Origin: Folioceros fuciformis
Taxonomy: Eukaryota
Assembly: GCA_049999805.1 (NCBI GenBank)
Contig: JBNGIO010006088.1
Span: 1-48,221, forward strand
DNA length: 48,221 nt
Reading direction: 5' to 3'
The notes beneath the pieces are model-generated. The model was not told the origin of the DNA. It ran no database searches and worked only from the letters and a program-made list of their open reading frames with translations. Of the stretch, positions 10,866-22,576 are shown piece after piece. The number at the start of each line of letters is the position of its first letter. Position 1 is the stretch's first letter. The position numbers and the translations under genes are program-made.

Positions 10866-13403
10866 TTAGGGTCGACCCTTACAACTGCAACAACCAGCAG
10901 CAAACCGATGAACACGGTACCCATCCCTTACGACAATATCTCTATTTTCAATCCTTGACATGATTTCCGTGGAACTGTGGCAATCACTGCACATGCGTAG
11001 ATTCTTGGTTACCAGCAAAGGCGTGCCACTTGGAGTGTTCAGGAGACCATACGCCAGAGCTAGCTTCTCAGCATGCCCACAAAGCATATCTTCCTTTTCC
11101 TTTTGAGGCACTGGCTTCAACACCAACTTTGTGTGTGGTACGTGGCCCCCTTCCTGCTTCAGAAGTGCATTAATGCTCCGTGCGATCGGTGAAAGATCAT
11201 TCCTGTTTTCTCCCACCACAAATGTATGTACCTGGTTCTTGACCTCAATTCTAGCCACTGCAGGTTTCTTCTTAGCTCCTGCTGCCTTTCTCTGTGTTTC
11301 AATCCTGTATACGTCTGTCCACATACCTGCATCTGCATAGGTATTCGCCATAAGCACATATCCGGACGCTTGCTGAGGCTCCAGTCTAACTAGGCTTTCA
11401 AAACACCGAGCCGCCCTATCTATATCCCCGTGGATTTTGCAGGCATTCAACAAAGCCCTCAACCCCACAACATTACTGTCGCCCTTACATGATGTTAATA
11501 GGATTTTCTCTGCTTCATTCAAATGGCCGGCACGCCCAAGCAGATCCACCATGGAACTGTCATGATCAATAGTCGGTTTTATGCCATACTGTTCAAACAT
11601 GGAATTGAAGAGCTTGCGACCCTCTTCCACCAGTCCCTCATGGCTGCATGATACTAAAAGGCAAGTGAACGTTGCATCATCAGGTTGGATGCCAGCGGCT
11701 AACATATCCTCAAAACAAGCTAGTGCCTTTTCGCCTTCATCACAAGCACCACACCCAGATATTAGGGCATTCCATGCCACAACATCCTTCGTGGCCAAGC
11801 TGTCAAAAACCCGGCACGCTTCTTCCAATTCACCACATTTTGCATACATGTCCACCAGGCAGGTGCCAACCAGTATGTTATTTGGCAGTCCTCTTTCCAC
11901 AATCTGGGAGTGCAGGTGCCTGCCCATCTGCAAGGCGCCAGTGCTTGCACAAGCCTTGAGAAGGCAAGCGAACGTAATCTGATCAGCCATAAAGAAGCCC
12001 TCCCGCTCCATCTGTCCATACAGATCAAGCGCCTCTTGCCCGAGCCCTTGTTGTGCATACCCAGCTATGAGGGCATTCCATGTCACCATATCCTTCTTGG
12101 CCATGCTGTCAAAAACCCCACGAGCATCACTCAGCTCGCCACATTTTGCATACATATCCACGAGGCAGTTGCTAAGCAGAATGTTACCGACCATGCATCT
12201 TTCCACGATCTGCAAGTGCACCTGCCTGCCCTTCTGAATGGCGCCTGTGCTTGCACAGGCCTTCAAAATGCAAGCAAAAGTAACCTGGTCAGCCACAATC
12301 AAGCCCTCCTGATCCATTCGCTCGTACAGAAGAAGAGCCTTTTGACCGAGCCCTTGCTGTGCATACCCAGCAATCAGGGCATTCCATGTCACCACATCCT
12401 TTTTGGCCAAGCTATCAAAAACACGGCGAGCATCGTCCAGTTTGCCACATTTTGCATACATGTCCACCAAGGAGTTTCCGACAAACAAGTCAGGAGAAAT
12501 CCCACTGTTCACTACATCACAGTGCACAGTCCTGCCAGAATCCAAGTCCGCTGCAAGTGCACAAGCCTGAAGGGCAGCTACAAAGACGTGCGCATCCGCC
12601 TTCATACCTGAGCTACGCACCTCATTGTACAACTCTATAGCCTCTTTAGGTTTCCCTTGCTTAGCATGTGCCGTGATTATGGAACTCCACATGAAGGCAT
12701 CCGGCTTGGCCACCCTGGTGAACACGTCCATGGCCTCCTGAAGCCTACCTCCACATGCATACATGCGCACGATATGGTTCACCAAGAATGTATCTGACTC
12801 GTGCCCGAGTTTGACACACAGATCATGCACTCGTCGTCCCACATCCAAATCCTTTTTGGCTGCACACACTTTTAGCACAGTGTACAGCAGAGATCGAGAA
12901 ACAGGACAGTCTGTCTGCGCCTGAGATTCCAGAGCTGAGAAGGCCTCAGTTAGCTTCCCCTGCTGACATAACGTGCTCACGTTGGAAGGAGACGGACCAT
13001 GAGCCATCTTCATATCCCACAAAACGAGCTGCTCGTCCACCCAAGCTGGCTTCAACGTGCTGTTTAACCAAAGGGCCTCCCCGGACTCCTTATGCCGAAA
13101 ATCAGGCGAACGCGAGCTCCTTTTCCCTAGCCTGTAGTCCCACCACATGGTAGGATCCAGAAAAAATCGTCGCCACAACAGCTCCTGTTCCTGCTCCAGG
13201 CAACGACCATCGCTGGACAGTCCTTCTGCAGCTACACATTCAGTCGGAAATGCTGGATTCCCTACAATGCTGGGCCTCGATGCCGGGCAATATACTGGCG
13301 GTTGCCTCCATACGGTGAGGTGAACGGGAGCTCCTCGTACAGTCCCTGTATATCCACCAATTTGTTGGGACCACGCCAAATCCAGGGGGCATAACGCTGC
13401 CAT
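10866..13403 (-). CDS. PLS-class PPR protein with N-terminal PDF(OSB)-like motif, E1/E2 and DYW:KP (GRP) deaminase domain; candidate U-to-C editing factor (copy 1)
   Basis: Intronless 845-aa ORF; ~14 P/L/S motifs (VVTWNALIAGY, MYAKCG), P2-L2-S2, KKPAVARIEV, HAEKLA, CSDCH, CSCKGRP*. Confidence 0.95.
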   Translation of the reverse strand: MAALCPLDLAWSQQIGGYTGTVRGAPVHLTVWRQPPVYCPASRPSIVGNPAFPTECVAAEGLSSDGRCLEQEQELLWRRFFLDPTMWWDYRLGKRSSRSPDFRHKESGEALWLNSTLKPAWVDEQLVLWDMKMAHGPSPSNVSTLCQQGKLTEAFSALESQAQTDCPVSRSLLYTVLKVCAAKKDLDVGRRVHDLCVKLGHESDTFLVNHIVRMYACGGRLQEAMDVFTRVAKPDAFMWSSIITAHAKQGKPKEAIELYNEVRSSGMKADAHVFVAALQACALAADLDSGRTVHCDVVNSGISPDLFVGNSLVDMYAKCGKLDDARRVFDSLAKKDVVTWNALIAGYAQQGLGQKALLLYERMDQEGLIVADQVTFACILKACASTGAIQKGRQVHLQIVERCMVGNILLSNCLVDMYAKCGELSDARGVFDSMAKKDMVTWNALIAGYAQQGLGQEALDLYGQMEREGFFMADQITFACLLKACASTGALQMGRHLHSQIVERGLPNNILVGTCLVDMYAKCGELEEACRVFDSLATKDVVAWNALISGCGACDEGEKALACFEDMLAAGIQPDDATFTCLLVSCSHEGLVEEGRKLFNSMFEQYGIKPTIDHDSSMVDLLGRAGHLNEAEKILLTSCKGDSNVVGLRALLNACKIHGDIDRAARCFESLVRLEPQQASGYVLMANTYADAGMWTDVYRIETQRKAAGAKKKPAVARIEVKNQVHTFVVGENRNDLSPIARSINALLKQEGGHVPHTKLVLKPVPQKEKEDMLCGHAEKLALAYGLLNTPSGTPLLVTKNLRMCSDCHSSTEIMSRIENRDIVVRDGYRVHRFAAGCCSCKGRP

Positions 13404-14071
13404 ATAGCATGCACCGCTTTTGGACGATGTGGTGAACTAAGCGGGCCGTGGCCAGATGCCCATGTACGTACTAATATGTGCAACCCACAGCTCCAAGGAG
13501 AGGAGTTGGGGAATCACAAGAGAGTCATATCAGAAGGACGTATCCGAGTGCCAATTGCACAACAGGGGGATGAACCGGCGAATCGGTTGAAATTTCAAAG
13601 CTGCATCCCGCACCAGATGGTGCTCAAACTACGTCTTCCAACAAGAGATGACTCGATAACTTTGCCGAGTTCGGGGCAAGTTTTTGGAAAGCCCGATATC
13701 ATACTAGCAAATACGTTCGATTTCTGATGAGCACCCAGCTACACATTCATGAGCATGGAACGACCCTACTCTGATCGTTACCGTCTCATTACCATTGAAT
13801 GGGCCAAAACAAGAAAGAGGATGCAACCTGGATAACAGGATGGTCAAGAGGTAACAGCAGTAACCAACTTCAAATTACACCCTATGCACAAAGCAAAGCA
13901 ACCGAACCTCCATCAACTCTCGAAAAAGTACAGGGGGCGGGCAGACAGCGGGGACGCAGAGTTCCCTAGAACAAAGTCTTTCTCCACCCAAGAATCCGAC
14001 TCGAAGGGTCTAATTCCCATGCCTACTGCTAGCGATCCGTGCGATGAAGTGCAGGCGTACGACGAGACACC

Positions 14072-14475
14072 CTAGTCGTTCATCAAGTCCTCGGCAGCGG
14101 CTTGACGAAGCTTCTCTTCCTCCTGCATCAGCTCGATAATGGCGCGCTGGGTGCGTCGCTCCAATTTTTCTAGCTTCTTCGCCACGTCCCTCCGCAAGTC
14201 CCAATTAGGCTTCTTCGGGGCGATGCTGACTATAGGATCTTCCAGCCGGCCTTCATCCGCTTCCGTCTTAGTAATGGGATCCTCAAACTTGGAGAGGGCT
14301 ACTGGAGTCTTCTTCTGCTGCTGCAGCTGTTCNNNNNNNNNNNNNNNNNNNNNNNNNNNNNNNNNNNNNNNNNNNNNNNNNNNNNNNNNNNNNNNNNNNN
14401 NNNNNNNNNNNNNNNNNNNNNNNNNNNNNNNNGTCTCTCCCTGCGCTCCGCGGCAGGGTCGGCGTCTACGGCCAT
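14072..14475 (-). CDS. CWF18: Cwf18/CCDC12-like spliceosomal protein, interrupted by an assembly gap
   Basis: N-terminus MAVDADPAAERRE (ATG at 14475) before the gap; C-terminus IAPKKPNWDLRRDVAKKLEKLERRTQRAIIELM, the characteristic Cwf18 motif. Confidence 0.85.
14333..14432. other. Assembly gap (100 N)
   Basis: Run of N. Confidence 1.
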
Positions 14476-14859
14476 GTCTGCCTTCCTTCGTTGTCGGTCT
14501 GGAGCACCATATTTTGGGCTTTAAACTGCTATAAAACCAGACCAAAAGTTAGGACAATACAAAACCTAGGCCACTAAAAATAAACATTTAGCTATGGATG
14601 CACAGACCTCGAGTCTTAAAAGGGTTGTGCAAATATCACAAAATAAAAATTTAATAGATGGAATCCCCCATTCATATATATATATATATATTCAGGACTG
14701 GTCAATGTTGAATATGAAGATTTTTATTATATAAAAAAAGATTAAAAAATTCTCAATCTTACCCTTGATTTAAGGGACATGGTGTCACTCTTTGAACAAT
14801 GTTGTCCTGGGAGTCCTATCTTCAATGTGCTAATTAGTAATTCATTGGTGCAAAGATAT

Positions 14860-15100
14860 ATCAAAGTCATAGAAATGGTGTTCTTGTGTTCTTCCCTTTT
14901 CCTATGTAGTGGTTTTTTTTTACCACACATATCTAGTGCTTGGTAAAGAACATGATTTCTAGAACAACATCAAATATAAGTCAAGCAACTTCTTAGGCAT
15001 TGGTGGTAGTGAAGGCTTTTGTTATTGCATATCACGACATTTTGGGAGTTTGTAGTGGTTGTGGAGAATGATGTTTGAAGGAGCTAATATCCTTTTCATC
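14860..15100. repeat. Diverged direct copy of the left arm of the adjacent foldback element
   Basis: agtcatagaaatggtgttctt...ttttgttattgcatatcacgaca...gagaatgatgtttgaaggagctaata parallels 15124-15362. Confidence 0.65.
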
Positions 15101-15109
15101 ACTTTCGAG

Positions 15110-15912
15110 TCAAGGTTTATTAGAGTCATAGGAATGGTGTTCTTCCTCTTTCCTCCATGGTAGCCTTCTTTCGACAACACATATCCATTGCTTTACAAAG
15201 AGTACAAAGAGCATTGCCCAACGCATCTTTTTAGAACAATAGCAAGCACAGATAAAGCGACTTTGACTCTAGTGGTAGATAGGCCTTTTTGTTATTCCAC
15301 ATCGTGACAATTTGAGAGCAATAGATAGTTTTTGAGAATGAATGTCTGAAGAAGCTAATACGCATTTTGACTTTTGGCTTNNNNNNNNNNNNNNNNNNNN
15401 NNNNNNNNNNNNNNNNNNNNNNNNNNNNNNNNNNNNNNNNNNNNNNNNNNNNNNNNNNNNNNNNNNNNNNNNNNNNNNNNTTTTCCTATCTTAGAATAGA
15501 TTGGGACTTTCTATCTCTTTTTCAATAATAAACAACATCAAAGGGGTATTTTCTATGATTGAAAAAGAGATGGAAAGTCTCATCTACTCCAAAGATTGGA
15601 GAAACAACCCATGAAGGCCAAAGACAAAAAAAGTACTCTGCCCTGCTAATATCATTTTCAAAAACTACCTACTGCCAAAATGTCATAATGTGGAATAACA
15701 AAAGACCTACTTACCACCTATGCTGCTGAAAAAGCCGCTTGACCTGCGCTGTTGTTGTTCTTGACCTGCGCTGTTGCTGTTCTAAAAACTGCATTGGCCA
15801 ATGCTTGTTGCAAAGCAATGGATACACGTTGTCGAAAAAAGGCCACCACAAAAAAAGGCCACCACAAAGGAAAGAGGGAGAACACCATTCTTATTGCTCT
15901 GATAAACCTTGG
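15110..15912. mobile_element. Large degenerate inverted-repeat (foldback/MITE-like) element
   Basis: 15111 caaggtttattagagtcataggaatggtgttc matches the reverse complement of gaacaccattcttattgctctgataaaccttg (~15880-15911); ttttgttattccacat pairs with atgtggaataacaaaa; inner arms 15481-15526 and 15558-15604 are also complementary. No coding capacity seen. Confidence 0.7.
15381..15480. other. Assembly gap (100 N)
   Basis: Run of N. Confidence 1.
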
Positions 15913-17031
15913 CCCACTCCTTCATAAACCATGAGTCTCAAGAACAAGGGATGTAGTATTCTTTCTCTTGCGACAGAGAATACTTATGGACTTTGGCACT
16001 TGCAATAAAGAATGTTTTATCTTTTGATTTTTTGGATGTCAATTTGCAGCAGAGTGCAAGGGTAGTGATGACAATTGTCCAATCCGTACATGGCCTGGGC
16101 CACAAGTTGGGTTCAGCTATGGCATGCCTTAGGGATGCGTGGTCTTGGGTTTTGTATAGACAGAGCATGCCATATCGGATGTGTTACCTCTCTCTAGGTT
16201 TTTTTATAAACATAGGCCACACGCGTCCCCTAGGCAATTTTTGGATCAAGGCCAAATAGGACTTGTATGAACATTGCAAGCAAAAGCATGGGCACGCCCC
16301 CATCCGCGATTACCGGGCGGTGTTTGGTCTTTTTGCCCTCAAGCCGCCCAGCATCCAGCCCGAAACGGGCTGCAACCTGCTCTTACATACTTCAGCCATG
16401 TCCCCTTTGGTGTACTGACGGGTTTGGTAGGTTTGCCAAAGGTAAATAAAAAACCTGGGCATCCAAAGAAAATGTACCTAAAAGCGGAGCGGGCATTTGG
16501 CTATGGCATAGGGGAAGTGATACATATGTTGAGAAGGAGGGTGAACATGCCTGTGGTTGGTAGACGCTTCCTCATCCCCGAAGTGACCGTCTTGACAGAG
16601 GGAAAATTAGTGGCCACGGTCTAAATAGTATTCCATGGCTTTGGTGGAAGAGATTCTTCCTTCCGGTTCTGCCATGCTCCATCCAACCCAGGAATCCTAA
16701 ATCTCGGGAGAGCCCAAGTACATATTTATAGCCCATAGCTCGCTAGAGTTGTGCTCAAAAGGGCAGCTGGGACAGTGGAATTGGCAGTGTTGGAGGTGGA
16801 TGGGAAACAGCGGCACTCTGGACGATGGCGTAGCAGCAGGGGGGACTCGGGTGGGTTGGCAACGACAAGGAGAAGGGGATACGAGGATCCATGTGGTGGG
16901 CCCTACGGCGTCGGTTCGTATTCAATACTAGTTTGTGTGTGAGGGATTTAGCTATGGCGCAAATTCTCGATCGCGCCTTTTAAGTTTAAACGGCCAGGCC
17001 AGGCCAGGCCAGGCAAGAGGGCGGGACTGGC

Positions 17032-17275
17032 GCGCGAAAAGCGGGCAGGTTCCCCCTTGGGATACAGGCGGACAGCGTCCGTTACAGGACGCTCGGGGAT
17101 AGTTGCGTAGACTATACCAAGGGGAGACCCGAGCAGGCTGTTCGCGCGTATTCCCCTTGGGCTCCCCAGCTCATTCATTCGCTCCGGGACCCTCAGCTCA
17201 GTCCCCTTGGGCCTAATCACGTCAGCTTCGTGGGTGGGATTCACTCACTCCTTCCCGTTGGAGGCCATTCCCGCC
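17032..17275. promoter_or_regulatory. E2F-consensus sites upstream of the chromomethylase
   Basis: GCGCGAAA (=TTTCGCGC) at 17032-17039 and ATTCCCGC at 17267-17274 match the plant WTTSSCSS consensus. Confidence 0.45.
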
Positions 17276-17541
17276 TTCTCAATGCTCGCGCTGCTGGGTG
17301 TCACACACCGGGACTGAGCTGTTCCAGTGCGGTCGGCACGGAATGTGAGCTTCAAATTAGAATCTGCGTGTGTGTGTGTGTTTGTGGGTGCTGAGATGCT
17401 GGGATGCTGGAATGCTTGGATTTTGGATCGTCCGCTGTGGAGGTAGGGAAGGGATGTGCGTGTCTGGGGTGGTGGGTTTTCGTTTCTGGCGACTTGTGAC
17501 GAGGTGGGTCGTGGTGGGTGGCTTTTTTGTGCAGACGAGCA

Positions 17542-20500
17542 ATGGCGAAACCCAAGGCTTGGACGAAGCAGGTCGAAAGCACTCCCGGGGCGAAGAAGCC
17601 CAACCGGGAATTGGCGGCGCTGCTCGGCACTCCGTTGCCTCCATACGTAAGGCCCAATTTTGAGAGAGCTGAGAAGGCGACGGCGGGGGCCAAGGCTGAG
17701 GGGAGGAGGAATGCCAGGAAGGAGGGGAAGCTGGATGATGGGAAAGAGAGAAATGTGGAGCTAAAGAAGAAAGGGAATGTGAAGGGGAGGCAGACGAAGA
17801 AAAAGTTGGAAAGGCATGTGACGGAGGAGGAAGAGGAGGAGGAGGAGGAGGAGGTGGAGGAGGCCGAGGGACGGGAAGACGGGAATGGGAGAAAAAGGAG
17901 GAACGGCAGAAAGAATGTAGCGCCGCAGAAGCGGGCTAAAGTGGATGTGAAAGAATCCTGCTCCAAGGACAGCAGCAGCAGCAAGACGACTGCTCTCACC
18001 AGCCTGGAGAATGCAGGTGCGTCACCCAAGGCGTGCCACAGCGACGACTCGGTGGCCAGGGAGGAAGATGATGAGAGTGAGGGAAATGGGCAGCGGAAGC
18101 TCAGGAGCTCGTCTGCTGGTAGCGACGATGTTGTGGACGGGAGTGAAGGGGAGGCAGAAGAGGACGAGGCGTGTTACGCCAAGTTCGTTGGGGCTCCCAT
18201 GGACAAAAGCGTTGCGTTGGCCATGTTTCCTGAACGGTACCAGGTTAGTTGATTGGAATTTTGGGGTGTGCAGTGAGGAATGTGGCCTTTCCTTGTCTCA
18301 CCTCTCTGCCGCTGAGTGGAGTGAGAACCGTGTTCGGGTTGTTGCAACGTACAGGAGGATGGCGATCACGTCGCCGTCGCCCATTACACTGCGGCAGAGG
18401 TGGATGGCGTCTACTTCGAAATTGGGGACGCTGCTGAAGTCAAAGTCTGTTGTTCTTCACCGTGGTGTGCGATTGCATGAAGTTGATCTTCCGCCGCTTA
18501 AGAGTAGTTGGTTCTTCTTGCGCTCTGATACGATGGGTGTGCAGAGCGAGGAAGCCAAGAACTTTGTGGGGCTCATCACGGAGATGTTCGAGGAGAAGGA
18601 TGGGAGCCCTTACATGTGCTGCGACTGGTTCTACTTTCCAGAGGATACGGTACAGTGGCTCCCCCGTTCTTGTGCCGTCGTAACCGTCTGAAAGGGGACA
18701 TGGCTGCCTCAACCTGCTGATCCTGGGTTTTTCTCCAGGCTCTTGGAGAAAATGGGGGAGACCCCACAATGCATGATCAGAGGAGATTGTTTCTCTCCAG
18801 TCACAATGATCCCAACCCTTTAGATTGCCTAGTGAGGAAAGTATCCGTCTCCAAAGCACACCCGATGGTAAGCAGTTGCCGTTCAGGAGGATTGCTGTAC
18901 ATTGTAGGTGGTTCTTGGGATGACGCCACGGGTTTCTGTGCAGGTCAAGTGCAGTAGCTCAATGGCTGGTCCTCGTTCTGAATACTACTACGACATGTCT
19001 TACAATGAGCAGTACTCAACTTTCTCTACACTGCCAGGTATGGGTTAGTGCAGATCATGTTTCGTGCACGTGGATATCGTCCTCATGAACGAAGGAGCTG
19101 CAGCCTTACGCCTTTCATCGTTCCTACTCTGGCAGCAGGCGCCGCGGCTCTTTCTAGCCAGGAGTCCAACGGGAGCACGGCAACCTGTCCAAAATCCTCA
19201 GCATCGTTGTCCAAGAAAGTCAAGCAGAAGAAGGAGTCGGCCAACACCGACCTAAACCTGTTAGACCTTTACGCAGGCTGTGGGGCAATGTCAACCGGCT
19301 TGTGTTCTGGAGCACAGTTAGCTGGGCATAACCTTATATCAGTAAGACTTCACGTAGTTTTGTCTGTCAGTGAGTGAGGATGTCACACTGCTGATCCTGG
19401 CTTTCCTTTGTCGCAGAGATGGGCTATTGATATCAATGAAGACGCCTGCAAAAGCTACAAATATAATCACCCCGAAACTACGGTGAGAACGTAGTGCCAA
19501 GGTCACTTCTGCGATGCTCACCTTTCCATTTCTTGTTTCTTTTTGCTTGATCATTCTGATTTTGGGTCTCCGTCACTAGGTGAGGAACGAATCAGCAGAT
19601 AACTTCCTTGAAGCTATAAAATGCTGGCAAGAACTCTGTTCAAAGTACTCATTTAATGCTGAATTAGAGTCCAAAGTGGTTGAGGAACCTTCTGAGGAGG
19701 AAGATGGTTCCACTACTGACGATGAAGACGTTTTTGAAGTGGAAAAGCTTCTTGACATAAAGTATGAGGCCGAGAAGGGCCTTCTCTTCAAGGTGAGCAA
19801 CATCATCGCCATATCGTCAACTCGTATCCCCTTAATTCTTCTTTCCCTCATCGAAGAGGCTGTGGAACAGGTTAGGTGGAAGGGATATGACGAAGAAGAT
19901 GATACCTGGGAACCTCTGGAAAACCTGGCGTAAGTCTTTCACATTCCCGTCACCATCCATTCTGAAGCATCGGTGAAGAACCTGCATGTCTGTGGTCTCA
20001 ACTATCTGCTGGATTTGGTTGCCCTTTTTCGTTGTGGCAGGCACTGTCCTGAGCGTTTGAAGGACTTTGTTGTCCACGGAAGGAAGAACAGGATTTTGCC
20101 CGTGCCAGTGAGGACTTGCATATAGTCATGACATTGTGGGAATGCATCTCTTTCATTGCCATGACCTTACCTTCCTTTTTTTGACAGGGTGAGGTAGACG
20201 TGATATGTGGTGGCCCTCCGTGCCAGGGAGCTAGTGGCTTCAATCGGTTTAGGAACTACGAAAATCCGCTCGCAGACCCTCGCAATCACCAAATGGTGGT
20301 GTACATGGATATCGTGAACTTCCTCAAACCTCGATTCATTCTCATGGAGAATGTTGTAGATATACTCAAGTTCTGTGGAGGTGTGCTCGGCAAATATGCC
20401 CTCAGCCGTCTTGTCAGTATGCAGTATCAGGTAACTCATGCTCCAGTGCACGGTCAGGATTCAGGTACCGATCTTTTGAGAGACTCATCGATATCTATGT

Positions 20501-22191
20501 ACGTAGGCCAAAATTGGTCTCATGGTTGCAGGGTCTTATGGTTTGCCCCAATACCGAATGAGGGTGTTCCTTTGGGGTGCCTCTACCATGGAGGTACCTT
20601 GTGCTTCCCACTCAGCATCTGTCGGAGTTCTTTTGCAGAGATAGGGGCGGGTTCAGGTTGCACCAATTTGACAGTCAAACGGGTTGTTGCTGCAGGTGTT
20701 GCCTGCCTTTCCGCTTCCGACCCACGATGTCGTCATAAGAGGACATGCACCAGACCGCTTCAAGGTGATCATACACAGTCCATGCACGCTCTTTGCCCAT
20801 CCTGTAAGTAAATTCCTTGCCTTCATGATCTTACCTAGCCCCATTTCTGTGCAGCAAAACCTTGTAGCAGTTGAAGACGATTGCCGCCTTGAAAAAGCCT
20901 TTCTTCTCCAGGATGCAATATCCGACCTACCTCCTGTAAGTTTTACTGCCTGGTGCATCATGTACCCCCAATACCCACCTCGGAGTCTAACCTTCTGCCC
21001 TGTCCAGATCGATAATTATGAAACACGGGACGAGATACCTTACATTAAGGCTCCAGAGACTCCGTTTCAAAAGCTCGTTCGTCTCCCCAAACCTGGTGGC
21101 TGCCTACACCATACATTTCCCTTACCTCATCCTTCTGCCAATGTTGTGACGACATTTCAAATTGTCCTGCAGGTTGCTGTCAGCCTTCGCTGCTGTTTGA
21201 TCATAAACCACTAATTATGAACCAGGATGATCTTGATCGTGTGTGTCAAATCCCCAAAAGAAAGGTATCCTCCGGTTCCATGTGGCCTTCTTTTGTTACA
21301 TCCTGTTGTTTTCATTTCCTGAGCATTCCTAATGCAACGACTTCATCGCTTACACGGATGAACAGGGAGCAAATTTCCGGGACCTCGAAGGCGTCATAGT
21401 TTTGAAGGACAACACTGTCACCGTCAAGCAAGAAAATAGAAAACTCCTGGCATCTGGGAAGCCTTTGGTACGTACGTCTCTTGCAGATGTCGACAACCAC
21501 CTCAAAGAAAGCGGCGGTTACAAATTTTGAGACGGTTCTGGTTTGAGTGACTGCAGGTTCCCGACTACGCCATCTCTTTCGTGAAAGGCAAAAGTTCCAA
21601 GTAAGTCTACTTAACCACTAATTACAGTATTAATCTCTACTCAATATTGGGATCTTAGGTACTATCGCTAACCATGTGCTCACATGCTACCAGACCATTT
21701 GGGAGGTTGTGGTGGGACCAAACTGTGGCCACAGTCGTGACCCGAGCAGAGCCTCATAATCAGGTCAGATCCGTCCCAAGCAAACATCGAGAACTCGTCT
21801 GCAAGAATGCCTGTGGCTTCACGATGACTTCCTTTTTCTGCAGGCTGTCTTACATCCTTGTCAGGACCGTGTGCTCTCCATTAGGGAGAACGCTAGATTA
21901 CAAGGCTTCCCTGATCACTACAAGCTATTTGGTGAAACGAAGGAAAGGTATAATAATCAGTTGAGAAGGTTAGAGAAGAACGTAGCAGCTAGTTCTATTC
22001 GTCCGAATTCACTCCTCTCTATCTTTCCATGTCGCAGATACAAACAGGTTGGAAATGCAGTGGCGGTGCCTGTGGCCAGAGCTTTGGGCTACGCATTGGG
22101 CAAGGCCATTTCGGGTGAAGAGACAGGACCGGATTTTGTACTCCCTACTGGCTTCCCTATGAGCTTATTGCGCGATGGTGACTCTTTGTAG
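17542..22191 (+). CDS. CMT3: Chromomethylase (BAH + chromodomain C5 DNA methyltransferase), multi-exon
   Basis: BAH exons ([27 protein letters not shown]), motif [16 protein letters not shown], chromodomain [11 protein letters not shown]...[19 protein letters not shown], catalytic [34 protein letters not shown]; stop at 22191. CMT3 orthology versus another CMT clade not resolved. Confidence 0.93.
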
Positions 22192-22576
22192 GTTTCCAAA
22201 TCAAAATGTGTGCACAAAGTGATGCAGCAATGCAGTTTGCTGCCGGTCCTGTCCTCCAGTGGACTAATTCTTATGCTGGTTCCAGCATGGCTTCGGACTC
22301 TTAGCCTCAGTGACGTAACTTAATACAGGAGAGTTAATTTAGAGCTTGCTCATAATTTCAGTAATTTAATACTGAAGAACGAGAATTTAGATCCTGCAGT
22401 AGTAAACTGAGTTTCATAAGTATAGGTACAGATAAGTATATCTCTTGGCATCCTTGTAGTCATTCCAAAATTGGAATAAATGATGAAAACCTGGCATCCA
22501 GAGCACGTCTCCGACTTAATCGAACAAGATTGATGTAAGGAACAGTATGACAAAATAAATAACAAATTAGGAGATG

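Noticed and set aside
11131-12640. Long antisense ORFs over the PPR genes (also within 32-41 kb)
   Set aside because: Shadow frames of repetitive PPR coding sequence.
1551-13403. HINT hydrolase, 5'-nucleotidase and DYW:KP gene as a nucleotide-metabolism cluster supporting editing
   Set aside because: Different predicted compartments and ordinary housekeeping families; adjacency in a compact plant genome is not evidence of function.
21265-21365. CMT intron with GTATCCTC donor resembling a U12 intron
   Set aside because: Donor deviates from GTATCCTT and there is no TCCTTAAC branch site near the acceptor.
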